Of a DNA stretch of 64,000 nt, positions 9,289 through 19,175 are shown in pieces. Location: the NCBI GenBank assembly GCA_963822445.1, contig CAWGHO010000002.1, positions 1,696,001 to 1,760,000 on the forward strand, in the 5' to 3' direction. The notes under the pieces are model-generated. The model searched no databases. It worked only from the letters and a program-made list of their open reading frames with translations, and was not told where the DNA came from. Both the position numbers and the translations under genes were made by a program. The first letter of the stretch is position 1; each line of letters begins with the position of its first letter. The stretch comes from an uncultured Acidobacteriota bacterium. Lineage in GTDB: Bacteria > Acidobacteriota > Thermoanaerobaculia > Gp7-AA8.

Positions 9289-11085
9289 ATGCCTGACCCT
9301 TCGCAGATCCGCAACTTCTCCATCATCGCCCACATCGATCACGGCAAGACGACGCTCTCCGACCGTCTGCTGCAGATGACGGGCGCCGTCGAGCAACGGG
9401 AGATGCACGAGCAGATGCTCGACGACATGGACCTGGAGCGGGAGCGCGGCATCACCATCAAAGCCCGCGCGGTCACTCTCCAGTACAAATCCGAGAACGG
9501 GCAGGCCTACACCTTCAATCTCATCGACACGCCCGGCCACGTCGACTTCACCTACGAGGTCTCCCGAAGCCTGGCCGCATGTGAGGGCGCGATTCTCGTC
9601 GTCGACGCCACCCAGGGCGTCGAGGCGCAGACCCTGGCCAACAGCTATCTGGCCATCAACAACAATCTCTCCATCCTTCCGGTGATCAACAAAGTCGATC
9701 TCCCTTCGGCTGAACCGGAGCGGGTGCGCGAGCAGATCGAGAACGTGATCGGGCTCGACGCCCACGACGCCGTGCTCGCGTCGGCGAAAGCAGGGATCGG
9801 CGTCAAAGAGATTCTCGAGAAGATCATCACGCACATCCCCGCACCGAAGGGCGACAAGTCCGGACCGTTGCGGGCCCTGCTCTTCGATTCCTGGTACGAC
9901 TCCTACCGCGGCGTGGTCTGTTTCGTCAGGCTCATCGACGGCGAGTTGCGCCGCGGCATGAAGGTCAAATTCATGTCCACCGGCCGCGAATACGAGGTCG
10001 CGGAGCTGGGCATCTTCACGCCGAAACCGAAAGTCGTCGACTCCCTCGGCGTCGGCGAAGTCGGCTTCTTCTTCGCCAACATCCGGGACATCGTCCAGGC
10101 CAAGATCGGTGACACCATCACCGGGGCGAAAGAGAATCCGGAAATGCTCCCCGGCTTCCAGGAAGTGAAGCCGATGGTCTTCGCCGGCCTGTTCCCGATC
10201 ATCACCGAGGATTACGAGCAGCTGCGGGATGCCGTGGCGAAGCTGAAGCTGAACGACGCGTCGTTCTCCTACGAGCCCGAGAACTCCGTCGCCCTCGGAT
10301 TCGGATTCCGCTGCGGATTCCTCGGCCTCCTGCACATGGAGATCATCCAGGAGCGCCTCGAGCGCGAGTTCAACCTCGAGTTGCTCACCACCGCGCCCGG
10401 CGTCCGCTATCGCGTCACGCTGACGAACGGTGAAGTCATCGAGATCGAGAACCCGCAGAAGCTGCCCGACCCGGCCAACATCGCAAAGATCGAAGAGCCG
10501 TTCTTCGAAGTGACCATGCTGACGACCGACGAATTCGTCGGGCCGATCATCGCCCTGGCCATCGATCGCCGCGGCACGCAGAAGAAGCTCGAGTACGTAG
10601 CCGCGAACCGGGTGATGCTCGTCTACGAAATGCCGCTGAACGAAGTGATCCTCGACTTCTTCGACAAGCTGAAGTCCATCTCCCGCGGCTACGCATCGCT
10701 CGACTACCAGTTCATCGGCTATCGCGAGAGCGATCTCGTGAAGATGGACATCCTCGTGAACGGCGAGCCGCTGGATGCGCTCTCGCTGATCGTGCACAAG
10801 GACAAGGCCTTCCCCCGCGGGAAGATGCTCGTCGAGAAGATGAAGGAGTTCATCCCCCGGCAGATGTTTGAAGTTGCGTTACAGGCCGCCATCGGCAACC
10901 GCATCGTGGCCCGCGAGACCGTGAAGGCCCTCCGCAAGAACGTCCTCGCCAAGTGCTATGGCGGCGACATCTCCCGCAAGCGCAAGCTCCTGGAGAAGCA
11001 GAAGGAAGGGAAGAAGCGCATGAAGCGGGTGGGGAAGGTCGAGATCCCGCAGGAAGCCTTCCTGGCCGTCCTCAAAATCGACTGA
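9289..11085 (+). CDS. lepA: Elongation factor 4
   Basis: [61 protein letters not shown]. Confidence 0.98.
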   Translation: MPDPSQIRNFSIIAHIDHGKTTLSDRLLQMTGAVEQREMHEQMLDDMDLERERGITIKARAVTLQYKSENGQAYTFNLIDTPGHVDFTYEVSRSLAACEGAILVVDATQGVEAQTLANSYLAINNNLSILPVINKVDLPSAEPERVREQIENVIGLDAHDAVLASAKAGIGVKEILEKIITHIPAPKGDKSGPLRALLFDSWYDSYRGVVCFVRLIDGELRRGMKVKFMSTGREYEVAELGIFTPKPKVVDSLGVGEVGFFFANIRDIVQAKIGDTITGAKENPEMLPGFQEVKPMVFAGLFPIITEDYEQLRDAVAKLKLNDASFSYEPENSVALGFGFRCGFLGLLHMEIIQERLEREFNLELLTTAPGVRYRVTLTNGEVIEIENPQKLPDPANIAKIEEPFFEVTMLTTDEFVGPIIALAIDRRGTQKKLEYVAANRVMLVYEMPLNEVILDFFDKLKSISRGYASLDYQFIGYRESDLVKMDILVNGEPLDALSLIVHKDKAFPRGKMLVEKMKEFIPRQMFEVALQAAIGNRIVARETVKALRKNVLAKCYGGDISRKRKLLEKQKEGKKRMKRVGKVEIPQEAFLAVLKID

Positions 11086-11123
11086 CCGCGGCCTGTGATC
11101 CGGCTCACTTTCTACAAATAATC

Positions 11124-11139
11124 TGGCACGCTTCCGGCT
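11124..11139 (+). promoter_or_regulatory. Possible sigma-54 -24/-12 promoter
   Basis: TGGCACG-CTTC-CGGCT has GG-N10-GC spacing and lies ~40 bp upstream of the 11181 ORF; the -12 half is imperfect. Confidence 0.3.
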
Positions 11140-11180
11140 CCTGAAGCCCATCCGAAAAGGATGGCCCGGCGGGAGGCTTT

Positions 11181-11819
11181 ATGAAGAAGCTGGTTGCTGC
11201 CGCGAGCTTCGCGGCGACTTTCGGGATCTACGCAGCCGCGGCAAGCGCCGCATCGATCGACATGACCGATCCCCGCCGCGCCCTTGGACGCGAAGGCGAC
11301 GTCCGGATCGACGCCCAACTCGTCTCCGAGACCGTCGCGCATGGCGCACCGATCGTCGTCACCTGGCAGATTCAGAACTTCACCGCGCTGCCCGTTGCCG
11401 TGGCCACGCGTGTGATCGATGCCTCCTACGACCCCGACAGCCGCACCATCACCGTGGCCATTGGTTCCGAGGTGCCGGATGACGGGAACATGCCGCAGAT
11501 GACGCTCGTCGCGGCCGGCGAGAAGAAAGTGTTTCGTTCGTCGGCTTCGCTGGCCATTCCGCCCGGCGTCGTTCGCGCCAGGAGCGGCGGTGCGCCGCGG
11601 TTCGTGCAGGTCAAGGTCTCGATTCTCCGCGACCTCGACCCGTTCGCGGCGATGATCGAAACGCAGTCACCCACCGCGCCACCGAAGAAGTTGTCCGATG
11701 CGCTGTTCGAGCAGTGGTTCGAGTCGACCGACACGATCTTCCTGAACACGCTGCCCGTGCAGTGGACGGGACGGATGGCGTCGGTCGGAGATGCCGAGCA
11801 TCGCGCCGGCGGCTTCTGA
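11181..11819 (+). CDS. Secreted hypothetical protein (paralog of next gene)
   Basis: GGAGG RBS and signal peptide; shares DM..PRR..G.E.DVRIDA, SYD....TITV.IGSEVP and GEKK.F with 11842-12492. Confidence 0.8.
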   Translation: MKKLVAAASFAATFGIYAAAASAASIDMTDPRRALGREGDVRIDAQLVSETVAHGAPIVVTWQIQNFTALPVAVATRVIDASYDPDSRTITVAIGSEVPDDGNMPQMTLVAAGEKKVFRSSASLAIPPGVVRARSGGAPRFVQVKVSILRDLDPFAAMIETQSPTAPPKKLSDALFEQWFESTDTIFLNTLPVQWTGRMASVGDAEHRAGGF

Positions 11820-11841
11820 CGAAATCGGCGATCATGGCTTC

Positions 11842-12492
11842 GTGAACCGCTCGCTGGCAGTACTCGCTCTCCTTTTCGCGGTTTCGTGCGCATCGACGAA
11901 GCCGGTCGACATGAGCGAGCCCCGGCGCGTCGTCGGAACGGAGAGCGACGTGCGGATCGACGCCGCGATTCGCGATGAGACGGTCGGCAGCGGTGCGGCG
12001 GTCGCGATCACGTACGAGATCACGAACAATCGCGCGCAGCCGATCGCGGTCGCCGACATCATTCCCGAGAGCAGCTACGACAGCGAGACGCAAACGATCA
12101 CGGTGGGAATCGGATCGGAAGTACCGGGCGCGTCGCTGTTGCCGCGGCTGATCGCGATCGCGCCGGGGGAGAAGAAGAGCTTCACCAATCTCGCGCGCCT
12201 CGCCATGCGCCTTCCTACGGCGAGCGGCCCCGAGGGGCGGTCGCGCGCTCCTACGTCGCTGCGGTTGAAGGTCAACTTCCTCAGCGACATCACGCCGTTT
12301 CAGCAGCTGGTCGGAATCAGTGAGAAAGCGATCGCGGACGTGGCCCTCGCCGATGCGCTCTTCCCGAAATGGGTCGAGCTAAACGAGGTCATCTATACGA
12401 ATTCGGTTCCTGTGCGCTGGACGAATCGCACGCCGGGCGGGGATACGAACATGCGGGCGCCGACGCCCCCACCGCGGACGCGGCGCCCCTAA
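11842..12492 (+). CDS. Hypothetical lipoprotein (paralog of previous gene)
   Basis: GTG start, lipobox-like AVSC, shared motifs with 11181-11819. Confidence 0.78.
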   Translation: MNRSLAVLALLFAVSCASTKPVDMSEPRRVVGTESDVRIDAAIRDETVGSGAAVAITYEITNNRAQPIAVADIIPESSYDSETQTITVGIGSEVPGASLLPRLIAIAPGEKKSFTNLARLAMRLPTASGPEGRSRAPTSLRLKVNFLSDITPFQQLVGISEKAIADVALADALFPKWVELNEVIYTNSVPVRWTNRTPGGDTNMRAPTPPPRTRRP

Positions 12493-12500
12493 AGCGTCAG

Positions 12501-12836
12501 CTAGAAGCTGCTGACCGCTTCCTGCTCGTTCTCGTAGACCTCGAACACGGTGATGAGCTGCGTGACGTGCAGCAGCTCGTTCAGCTTGTCCGGGAGGTGA
12601 AGGAGCTTGAGCTTCCCGCCGCGGTTCGTGACGGTCGTGTACGAACCGACCAGCTCGCCGATGCCCGACGAGTCGATCGTCGTGACGCCGGAAAGGTCGA
12701 GGAGGATGTTCGCCTTGCCGGCGTTGACGGCGTTGGCGATGACCTCGCGGAGCTGCGTGTCGCCGGAGCCGATCGTGATCTTGCCCTGCAGGCTGATGAT
12801 CTCGACGTTTCCGGAGGTGCGGTTATTGGCTTTCAT
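12501..12836 (-). CDS. STAS-domain anti-sigma factor antagonist (RsbV/SpoIIAA-like)
   Basis: LDLSGVTTIDSSGIGELV phosphoserine motif. Confidence 0.92.
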   Translation of the reverse strand: MKANNRTSGNVEIISLQGKITIGSGDTQLREVIANAVNAGKANILLDLSGVTTIDSSGIGELVGSYTTVTNRGGKLKLLHLPDKLNELLHVTQLITVFEVYENEQEAVSSF

Positions 12837-12860
12837 GGTGAGTCTCTCCTTCTATCGAAT

Positions 12861-13316
12861 TCAGGCTTTGGTGTGAGCGATGCCGCTGCCGCGGGTCAGG
12901 TTCTTCGTCATCACCAGCGACGTGCCGCCGCCGGGTTGGAAAGAGTAGTTGACCTGATCCATGAAAGTCTTCATGTAGAAGATGCCGCGGCCGCTGGTTT
13001 TCATGAGGTTCTGGGGATTGAGCGGGTCGCTCACTTTCTCGGGGTCGAAGCCTTCGCCTTCGTCCGAGACGGTGATTTCCAGCTCCGGTCCATCGAGCTC
13101 GAAGGTGGCGAACACCTTCTTGCGCACATCGAGTTTGTTGCCGTGCTTGATGGCGTTCGCGACCGCCTCGCGGACCGCCATGCCAATCCAGTGGGAACCA
13201 TCCTCGTCGACACCTGCGTTTTCACAAAGGTGTTCGGCGATCACCTGAACCAGTTCGATGTTTTCGAAGCGGCTGCTGATCGTGATCTCGATACGCTCGC
13301 TGTCGCCGCGCTCCAT
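12861..13316 (-). CDS. Anti-sigma factor Ser/Thr kinase (RsbW-like)
   Basis: EAVANAIKHGN, SDEGEGFD, SGRGIFYM motifs. Confidence 0.92.
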   Translation of the reverse strand: MERGDSERIEITISSRFENIELVQVIAEHLCENAGVDEDGSHWIGMAVREAVANAIKHGNKLDVRKKVFATFELDGPELEITVSDEGEGFDPEKVSDPLNPQNLMKTSGRGIFYMKTFMDQVNYSFQPGGGTSLVMTKNLTRGSGIAHTKA

Positions 13317-13400
13317 GGATTGAACCGGCGCATTCTAGAGGAAGGGGTGGGGGGCGCAAACGGACGGAATGAGGGGCCGGTAGCGTTCGTTCGGCTGCGC

Positions 13401-14537
13401 ATGACCACGGTTCGAGCCACGCGCACCGCAATCATCCTCCTGACCACGCTCGCGCTGAACTCCTGCGCGAACGCCTCATCGCTCGAGCCGGGCATGAAGG
13501 CGGTCGAGAAGATCCGCGGCCGCAAGTTCACCGGCGACGTGAAGCACGTGGCCATCGATCGCAAGGATCTGACCGGCCATCTGCGCGAGCAGATGCTCAA
13601 ATCGACGCCGTACTCGCTCGACGACTGGGGAATCGTCCTGCGCTCGCTGCAATTCGTCGACACCGAAGTCGAGGACATCCTGCCGAAGCTCCTGTCGCTC
13701 TACGAATCGCAGGTGCTGGCCTTCTACGATCCCTACTCGCACACCTACTACTCGATCAAGCAGCTCCCGAAACTGCCTGACGACGTCGCCAAGATCGCCG
13801 ATCCGGCGATGCTCGAGGAAACGGTGATGGTGCACGAGCTCACCCACGCGCTGCAGGACCAGCACTTCTCGCTCGCCGCGAAAGAGAAGCAGAACATGCG
13901 CGACACGGATGCGAACCTCGCTTACCACGCGCTGCTCGAAGGCGAGGGCGTGCTGGTGATGATGGTTCACATGCTGAACAAGATGAACGTCCCCTTCGAT
14001 GAAGTGATCAAGGAGGACGCGCTCCTGCAGACGATGGCCTCGGCCACCGCCGCCGATCAGATGATCGATCCCTCGACGCCGAAGTACTTCGCGGAGATGC
14101 TGAAGTTCCCGTACCTGGAAGGGCTGAAGTTCGTCGTCGCCGCGTACAAGCGCGGCGGATGGAAGGAGCTCGACAGAGTCCATGCGAATCCGCCGCGGAC
14201 GACGCGCGAGATTCTGCATCCCGAGGAGTACTTCGCGAAGACCTTCACGCCGGAGCCTTTCGATGAGAAGGAGCCGGCCGGCGACGTGATCGCCGTCGAG
14301 CACCTCGGCGAGTTCCACTGGCGCTTCCTCGTCGGCGCGGACAACGCTACGGGCTGGATGAACGATCGCGTGATCATTTCGCGCGGCGGCCGCGTTCGTG
14401 CGGAAACGAAATGGCAGTCGCCGGAGCGCGCGACTGCATTCGCCGATGCCTACTCCGCGTTCCTGAAAAAGCGCGGCGTCGAAGCGAAGATCGAACGGAA
14501 TGGTTCCGCGGTCGTCGCCGAATACACGTCGAAATGA
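13401..14537 (+). CDS. Putative lipoprotein, zinc-metallopeptidase-like
   Basis: Lipobox-like LNSC; VLAFYDP, HELTHALQDQHF, ALLEGEG, FPYLEG, PPRTT motifs. Confidence 0.8.
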   Translation: MTTVRATRTAIILLTTLALNSCANASSLEPGMKAVEKIRGRKFTGDVKHVAIDRKDLTGHLREQMLKSTPYSLDDWGIVLRSLQFVDTEVEDILPKLLSLYESQVLAFYDPYSHTYYSIKQLPKLPDDVAKIADPAMLEETVMVHELTHALQDQHFSLAAKEKQNMRDTDANLAYHALLEGEGVLVMMVHMLNKMNVPFDEVIKEDALLQTMASATAADQMIDPSTPKYFAEMLKFPYLEGLKFVVAAYKRGGWKELDRVHANPPRTTREILHPEEYFAKTFTPEPFDEKEPAGDVIAVEHLGEFHWRFLVGADNATGWMNDRVIISRGGRVRAETKWQSPERATAFADAYSAFLKKRGVEAKIERNGSAVVAEYTSK

Positions 14538-14806
14538 ACATCGACTACGCGACCCTCGATCAGGACGTTTACGACGGGACTTTCCGCCAGCGCCTCGAGG
14601 AGGAGCTCGCCCTCGGATTCCGCCAGATCCACGAGAGCGGCGACCGCCTCCCGCCCGCGTCGCATTACGCCGCGCAGATCGCCGAGATTGTGAACCGCGA
14701 CGTGCAGCTCGCGCCCGAGCTCAAGTACAACCTGTATCAGGAGATTCTGCTGGCGTGCGAGAACGCGCGGGCCGCGGTGTTGGCCCGCGATACCATCGTG
14801 TCGTGA
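14534..14806 (+). CDS. Hypothetical protein
   Basis: ATGA/GTGA overlaps with both neighbours; typical codon usage. Confidence 0.7.
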   Translation: MNIDYATLDQDVYDGTFRQRLEEELALGFRQIHESGDRLPPASHYAAQIAEIVNRDVQLAPELKYNLYQEILLACENARAAVLARDTIVS

Positions 14807-15870
14807 AGCACGCACTCGCTCGACACAAACCGTTGTCGAGCTTCGCCACCACCGGCGGTTGAGCCTGCAAGCTGGGTCAGGATGACCTGCGCTCGATCCT
14901 CGCCAAGCTCCCCTCATTCGAAGGGGCCGGGGATCTTCTCGTCGGAAATTCGACCTGCGATGACGCGGCGGTGATCCGCATCGCCGGCGACGTAGCCATC
15001 GCCCAGACCGTCGACTTCTTCACGCCGATCGTCGACGACCCGTATCTCTTCGGACAGATCGCGGCAACGAACTCGATCTCCGACATCTACGCGATGGGCG
15101 CGACGCCGATCCTGGGACTGGCCATCGCTGGCTTCCCGACAGACGTGCTTCCGCTGGAAGTGCTCGAGGAGATTCTTCGCGGCGGCGCGGACAAAGCGGT
15201 GGAGGCGGGATTTCCTGTCGCCGGCGGGCACACCATCATCGATGACGTTCCGAAGTACGGCCTCGTCGTCACGGGTGTGGTTCACGCGGACAAGCTCGTG
15301 CGCAATTCGACGGCGAAGGCCGGCGACGTTCTCTATCTGACGAAGCCGATCGGCAACGGCATTCTGGTGAGCGCGCATCGCGCGGCACTGGCGAAGAAGT
15401 TCTTCCGTCCCGAGCCGCCCGATCTCGGCGAAGCGATCCGCTGGATGACCACGCTGAATCGCGCCGCGGCACAGGCGATGGTGGACGCCGGCGCGAGCGC
15501 CGCCACGGACGTCACTGGCTACGGACTCATCGGCCATCTGCTGGAGATGTGCGAAGGCGCTTGCATCGGCGCGGAGATTCGCACGAGCAGCGTGCCCGTA
15601 CTCGACGGCGCCCGTGATTCTCTGAGCAAGGGATTCCGGCCCGAGGGGACGATGCGGAATGTTCGGACCTTCGCGGGGCGGGTGCGGTTGGCCGTGCCGG
15701 AGATCGAATACACGTTGATGTGTGATGCACAGACTTCGGGCGGTCTGCTCATCGCCATCGCGCCCGATCGTGCGGCCGCGCTCGAATCGCGCCTGCGGGA
15801 AAGCGGCCTGTTCTATGCAAACATCGGCGTGATGACCGCTGACGCCGGTCACATCACCTTGAAGGAGTAA
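14803..15870 (+). CDS. selD: Selenophosphate synthetase containing selenocysteine (UGA 14860-14862)
   Basis: Read-through gives ...FATTGG-U-ACKLG, in frame with DDAAV, QTVDFFTPIVDDP, DVTGYGLIGH, DAQTSGGLL. Confidence 0.93.
14871..14892 (+). promoter_or_regulatory. Candidate bacterial SECIS hairpin
   Basis: TGGGTCA-GGA-TGACCTG stem-loop; the G-starting loop begins 17 nt after the UGA. Confidence 0.65.
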
Positions 15871-15872
15871 CG

Positions 15873-16250
15873 ATGGCTGACTCGGAACAGGATGCTCGCG
15901 AAGACGTAAACACGGTCCCGGCGGAAGACGGGACGACCTGGATCGAGATCGCCAGCACGGGCACCGCGGATGAAGCCAACCTGCTGGCCGGATTTCTCGA
16001 GGCCGAAGGCATCACCGCGCAGATCGAGAACGTGAAGTTCCAGATGGAGCCGATCAACTTCGGGGCGATGGGCGACATCCGCGTGTACGTTCAATCGACG
16101 GACGAGAGCCGCGCGCAACAGCTGCTGCGCGAGCGCGAGCAGGCCTATCAGAAGCTCGATGACGATGACGAAACGCTGGTGACCGACGAGGGGGTTGCGA
16201 CGGTCGACGAGAACTCGCAATCCGAAAGCGATGACGGAGCCAACTCCTGA
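15873..16250 (+). CDS. DUF2007-like putative signal-transducing protein
   Basis: EANLLAGFLEAEGI...IRVYV...AQQLL pattern; AAGGAG RBS. Confidence 0.75.
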   Translation: MADSEQDAREDVNTVPAEDGTTWIEIASTGTADEANLLAGFLEAEGITAQIENVKFQMEPINFGAMGDIRVYVQSTDESRAQQLLREREQAYQKLDDDDETLVTDEGVATVDENSQSESDDGANS

Positions 16251-16818
16251 AGAAGAACGCGATCTAGGCCCCGTGCCGGCGGTCATGCCGCGGTGGGTGC
16301 CCGTTCTCATCGGAGCGATCCTGGTGGGATTGGCGGGACTGGCCGTCTTCACCGGTCTGCGGTATCGCCAGGATCAGACGCTGGTCGATCGCATTGGCGA
16401 ATCGTCGCGCCGCACCGGTCAAAACTCCGCCGCGCCTCCGGGCGAGCCGGGCGCCGGCTCTTCGCTGGTGCTGCCTGAAAACACACCCGCGGCGAATGCG
16501 CCGATTGCCGGCGACGCCCGCGCGGCGATCAGCGGCGGCGGCGCGGGCGGTGTGCAGTCGACCGTGCGCATCTGGGCGCGGCGGGGAATGGTGCTGAACG
16601 TCCTGCCCGATGACGCGCTCGTGTACGTGAACGACATGCCCATCGGCGACGTGCGGCAGTTCAACTCGATGGACGAAGCCTTCGAATTCGCCGAGCCGGG
16701 CAGCTACACGATCAAGATTGCCGCCGACGGCCATGGCATGCGCCAGTTCGTGGTGACCGTCGCCGAAAACGCGCCGAACGACGTGGCGCGGATCAGCGCG
16801 AAACTCGAGAAGCAGTAG
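16231..16818 (+). CDS. Single-pass membrane protein with PEGA-like C-terminal domain
   Basis: One TM helix; VLPDDALVYVND...PGSYTIKIAADG. Confidence 0.65.
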   Translation: MTEPTPEEERDLGPVPAVMPRWVPVLIGAILVGLAGLAVFTGLRYRQDQTLVDRIGESSRRTGQNSAAPPGEPGAGSSLVLPENTPAANAPIAGDARAAISGGGAGGVQSTVRIWARRGMVLNVLPDDALVYVNDMPIGDVRQFNSMDEAFEFAEPGSYTIKIAADGHGMRQFVVTVAENAPNDVARISAKLEKQ

Positions 16819-16970
16819 GCAGTACGGCCGCTTCGCGGCCTCGCAGTAGGCGGTAGGCAGTGGGCCGCCACCCCCATCCACGATGAAAAAGCGTCTCGCG
16901 CGTCTTCACTGCCTACTGCAGGCCGCGTAGCGGCCGTACTGCCTACCGCGAGGCGCGCAGCGCCGTACTG
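16812..16970. repeat. GC(A/G)GTAG heptamer-based palindromic repeat element
   Basis: GCAGTAG/GCGGTAG units mirrored by CTACTGC/CTACCGC; 16941-16970 is 28/30 identical to 48306-48335. Confidence 0.8.
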
Positions 16971-16972
16971 TC

Positions 16973-19069
16973 TCAGTGCGCGGCGGCCTGCGCTTCCTTG
17001 GCCTTCTTCGAATCCGTGATGATCTTCTCCTGCAGTCCCCGCGGCACTTCTTCGTAGTGCGAGTACTCCATGTGGAAGCTGCCGCGTCCCTGCGTGATCG
17101 AGCGCAGCGTCGAGCCGTAAGTCAGCATCTCCGCGAGCGGCACGCGGGCCTTGATCGTCTGCGTGTCCTCTTCGGCATCGACACCCTCCACGCGGCCGCG
17201 GCGTGAATTCAGGTCGCCCATGATGTCGCCGACGTATTCGGCCGGCGCGCTGATGTCGACGTGCATGATCGGCTCGAGCAGCGTCGGGCGCGCCTTCTCC
17301 ATCGCTTCCTGATACGCGAGCGATCCCGCGATCTTGAATGCCATTTCCGAGGAGTCGACGTCGTGGTACTGGCCGTCCTTGAGCCGGACGCGGAAGTCGA
17401 CCATCGGGAAGCCGGCCAGGTAACCCTTCACCCGCGCGTCCTGAATGCCCTTTTCCACCGCGGGGATGTACTGCCGCGGAATCGATCCGCCGAAGATCTC
17501 GTCGACGAACTCGAAGTCCGCGCCGCGCGGAAGCGGTTCGACGCTGATCTTGCAGTCGGCGAACTGGCCGTGACCGCCGGACTGCTTCTTGTGGCGTCCA
17601 TGCGCGTCCGCAGGCTTGGTGATGGTCTCGCGATACGGCACCTTCGGCGGATGCAGCACCACGTCGACGTTGTATTTCTTCTTCAGCTTCGCGACGACGA
17701 TCTCGACGTGGAGCTGACCCTGACCGCTGATCAGAAACTCTTTCGTCATCTCGTCGCGCGCGAACTTGATGGTCGGGTCTTCCTCGATGATGCGATGAAT
17801 GGCCGCGCCGAGCTTGTCTTCATCGCCGCGTGCTTTCGGTTCAACCGCAAACGCGATCGCCGCCTCGGGGTAGGACATGAAGTCGAGCGTGATCGCGTGA
17901 TCCTTCGCTGAGATCGTGTCGCCGGTGAACGTGTCCTTCAGCTTCGCCACCGCGCCGATGTCGCCGGCCTTGAGCTCGGAAACGGGAAGCTGCTGCTTGC
18001 CCTGCAGCACCTGCAGCTTGCCGATGCGCTCTTCATGCTCGCGTGACGTGTTCCAGTAAGCATGATCCGACTGCAGCGTGCCGGAGTAGACCCGGAACAG
18101 GGAAACGCGTCCGGAGAAAGGATCCGAGAAAGTCTTGAAGACCAGTGCGGAAGGGAACGCTTCCGGACGGCGATCGAACTCGATCTCCGCGCCCTTGCGA
18201 TCCTTTCCTTTCACCTTCTCGGCCTGAGCCGGAGAAGGAAGCAGCGCGACGAGCGCGTCGAGGATCGGCTGTCCGCCGATGTTGTGCGAGGCGGAGCTGA
18301 AGAAGACCGGGTAGATCTGATGATGGGCGACCTCGCGGCTCATGCCGTCGAGCAGCTCTTCCTGCGACAGTCCGCCCTGCTCGAAGAACTTCTCCATCAG
18401 CGTGTCGTCGCCCTCGGCCACTTTCTCGATCAGCTTCTCGCGCCACCCGTCGGCGTCGGCCTTCATGTCCGCGGGGATCTCTTCGAGCGAGAACTTTCCC
18501 GAACCGTCTGCGTTGTAGATGTAGGCCTTCATGGCCACGAGATCGATGACGCCTTTGAAATCCTTCTCTTCACCGATGGGCAACTGCACCGGCACGACGT
18601 TCTTGCCGAACTTCTTCTGCAGCGCTTCGAGCGTGCGGGTGAAGGAGGCGCGGTCGCGATCCATCTTGTTCACGATGATCACGCGCGGCAGGTGGTACTC
18701 CTCGGTGAACTTCCAGACCTTCTCGGTCGTGACCTCGACGCCGGTCACGCCGCTGACCACGATCGCGGCCGAGTCGGCGATGCGCAGCGCACCCTTCGCT
18801 TCCATGATGAAGATTCCGAAGCCGGGCGTATCGATGAGGTTGATCTTCGTGTCTTTCCATTCCGCGAAGGCCACGGCGGCGGAGATGGAGTGCTTGCGCT
18901 CGATCTCATCGGGATCGAAGTCGGTGACCGTGGTCCCGTCGTCGATCCGCCCCATGCGTGTGTTCGCACCCGCGTTGAACAGGAGTTGGGAAACGAGCGT
19001 TGTTTTGCCCGTGTCGTTGTGCCCGACGATTGCTACGTTGCGAATCTCGGAACCGGAATAGACCTTCAT
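16973..19069 (-). CDS. fusA: Elongation factor G paralog (EF-G2/EF-G-like)
   Basis: GHNDTGKT, DTPGF, NKMD, GQGQLH, KKQSGGHGQF, VDSSEMAF motifs; not in an str operon. Confidence 0.9.
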   Translation of the reverse strand: MKVYSGSEIRNVAIVGHNDTGKTTLVSQLLFNAGANTRMGRIDDGTTVTDFDPDEIERKHSISAAVAFAEWKDTKINLIDTPGFGIFIMEAKGALRIADSAAIVVSGVTGVEVTTEKVWKFTEEYHLPRVIIVNKMDRDRASFTRTLEALQKKFGKNVVPVQLPIGEEKDFKGVIDLVAMKAYIYNADGSGKFSLEEIPADMKADADGWREKLIEKVAEGDDTLMEKFFEQGGLSQEELLDGMSREVAHHQIYPVFFSSASHNIGGQPILDALVALLPSPAQAEKVKGKDRKGAEIEFDRRPEAFPSALVFKTFSDPFSGRVSLFRVYSGTLQSDHAYWNTSREHEERIGKLQVLQGKQQLPVSELKAGDIGAVAKLKDTFTGDTISAKDHAITLDFMSYPEAAIAFAVEPKARGDEDKLGAAIHRIIEEDPTIKFARDEMTKEFLISGQGQLHVEIVVAKLKKKYNVDVVLHPPKVPYRETITKPADAHGRHKKQSGGHGQFADCKISVEPLPRGADFEFVDEIFGGSIPRQYIPAVEKGIQDARVKGYLAGFPMVDFRVRLKDGQYHDVDSSEMAFKIAGSLAYQEAMEKARPTLLEPIMHVDISAPAEYVGDIMGDLNSRRGRVEGVDAEEDTQTIKARVPLAEMLTYGSTLRSITQGRGSFHMEYSHYEEVPRGLQEKIITDSKKAKEAQAAAH

Positions 19070-19175
19070 GAGCTCGACTCCGACACAAGGGATTTAGAGA
19101 CAGGCGTGACATCATAATTGAAACGCTGGCCGTGGTTGCCGGGGCCGGGCGCACCACCTTGGAGGGGAGTTATCA

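Noticed and set aside
12369-13400. N-terminal extension of the 722-aa ORF (similar extensions at 5553, 6569, 34887-35216)
   Set aside because: Overlaps genuine genes; true starts are supported by signal peptides, motifs or RBSs.
14860-14862. selD pseudogene by nonsense mutation
   Set aside because: The UGA falls exactly on the catalytic residue and is followed by a SECIS-like hairpin.
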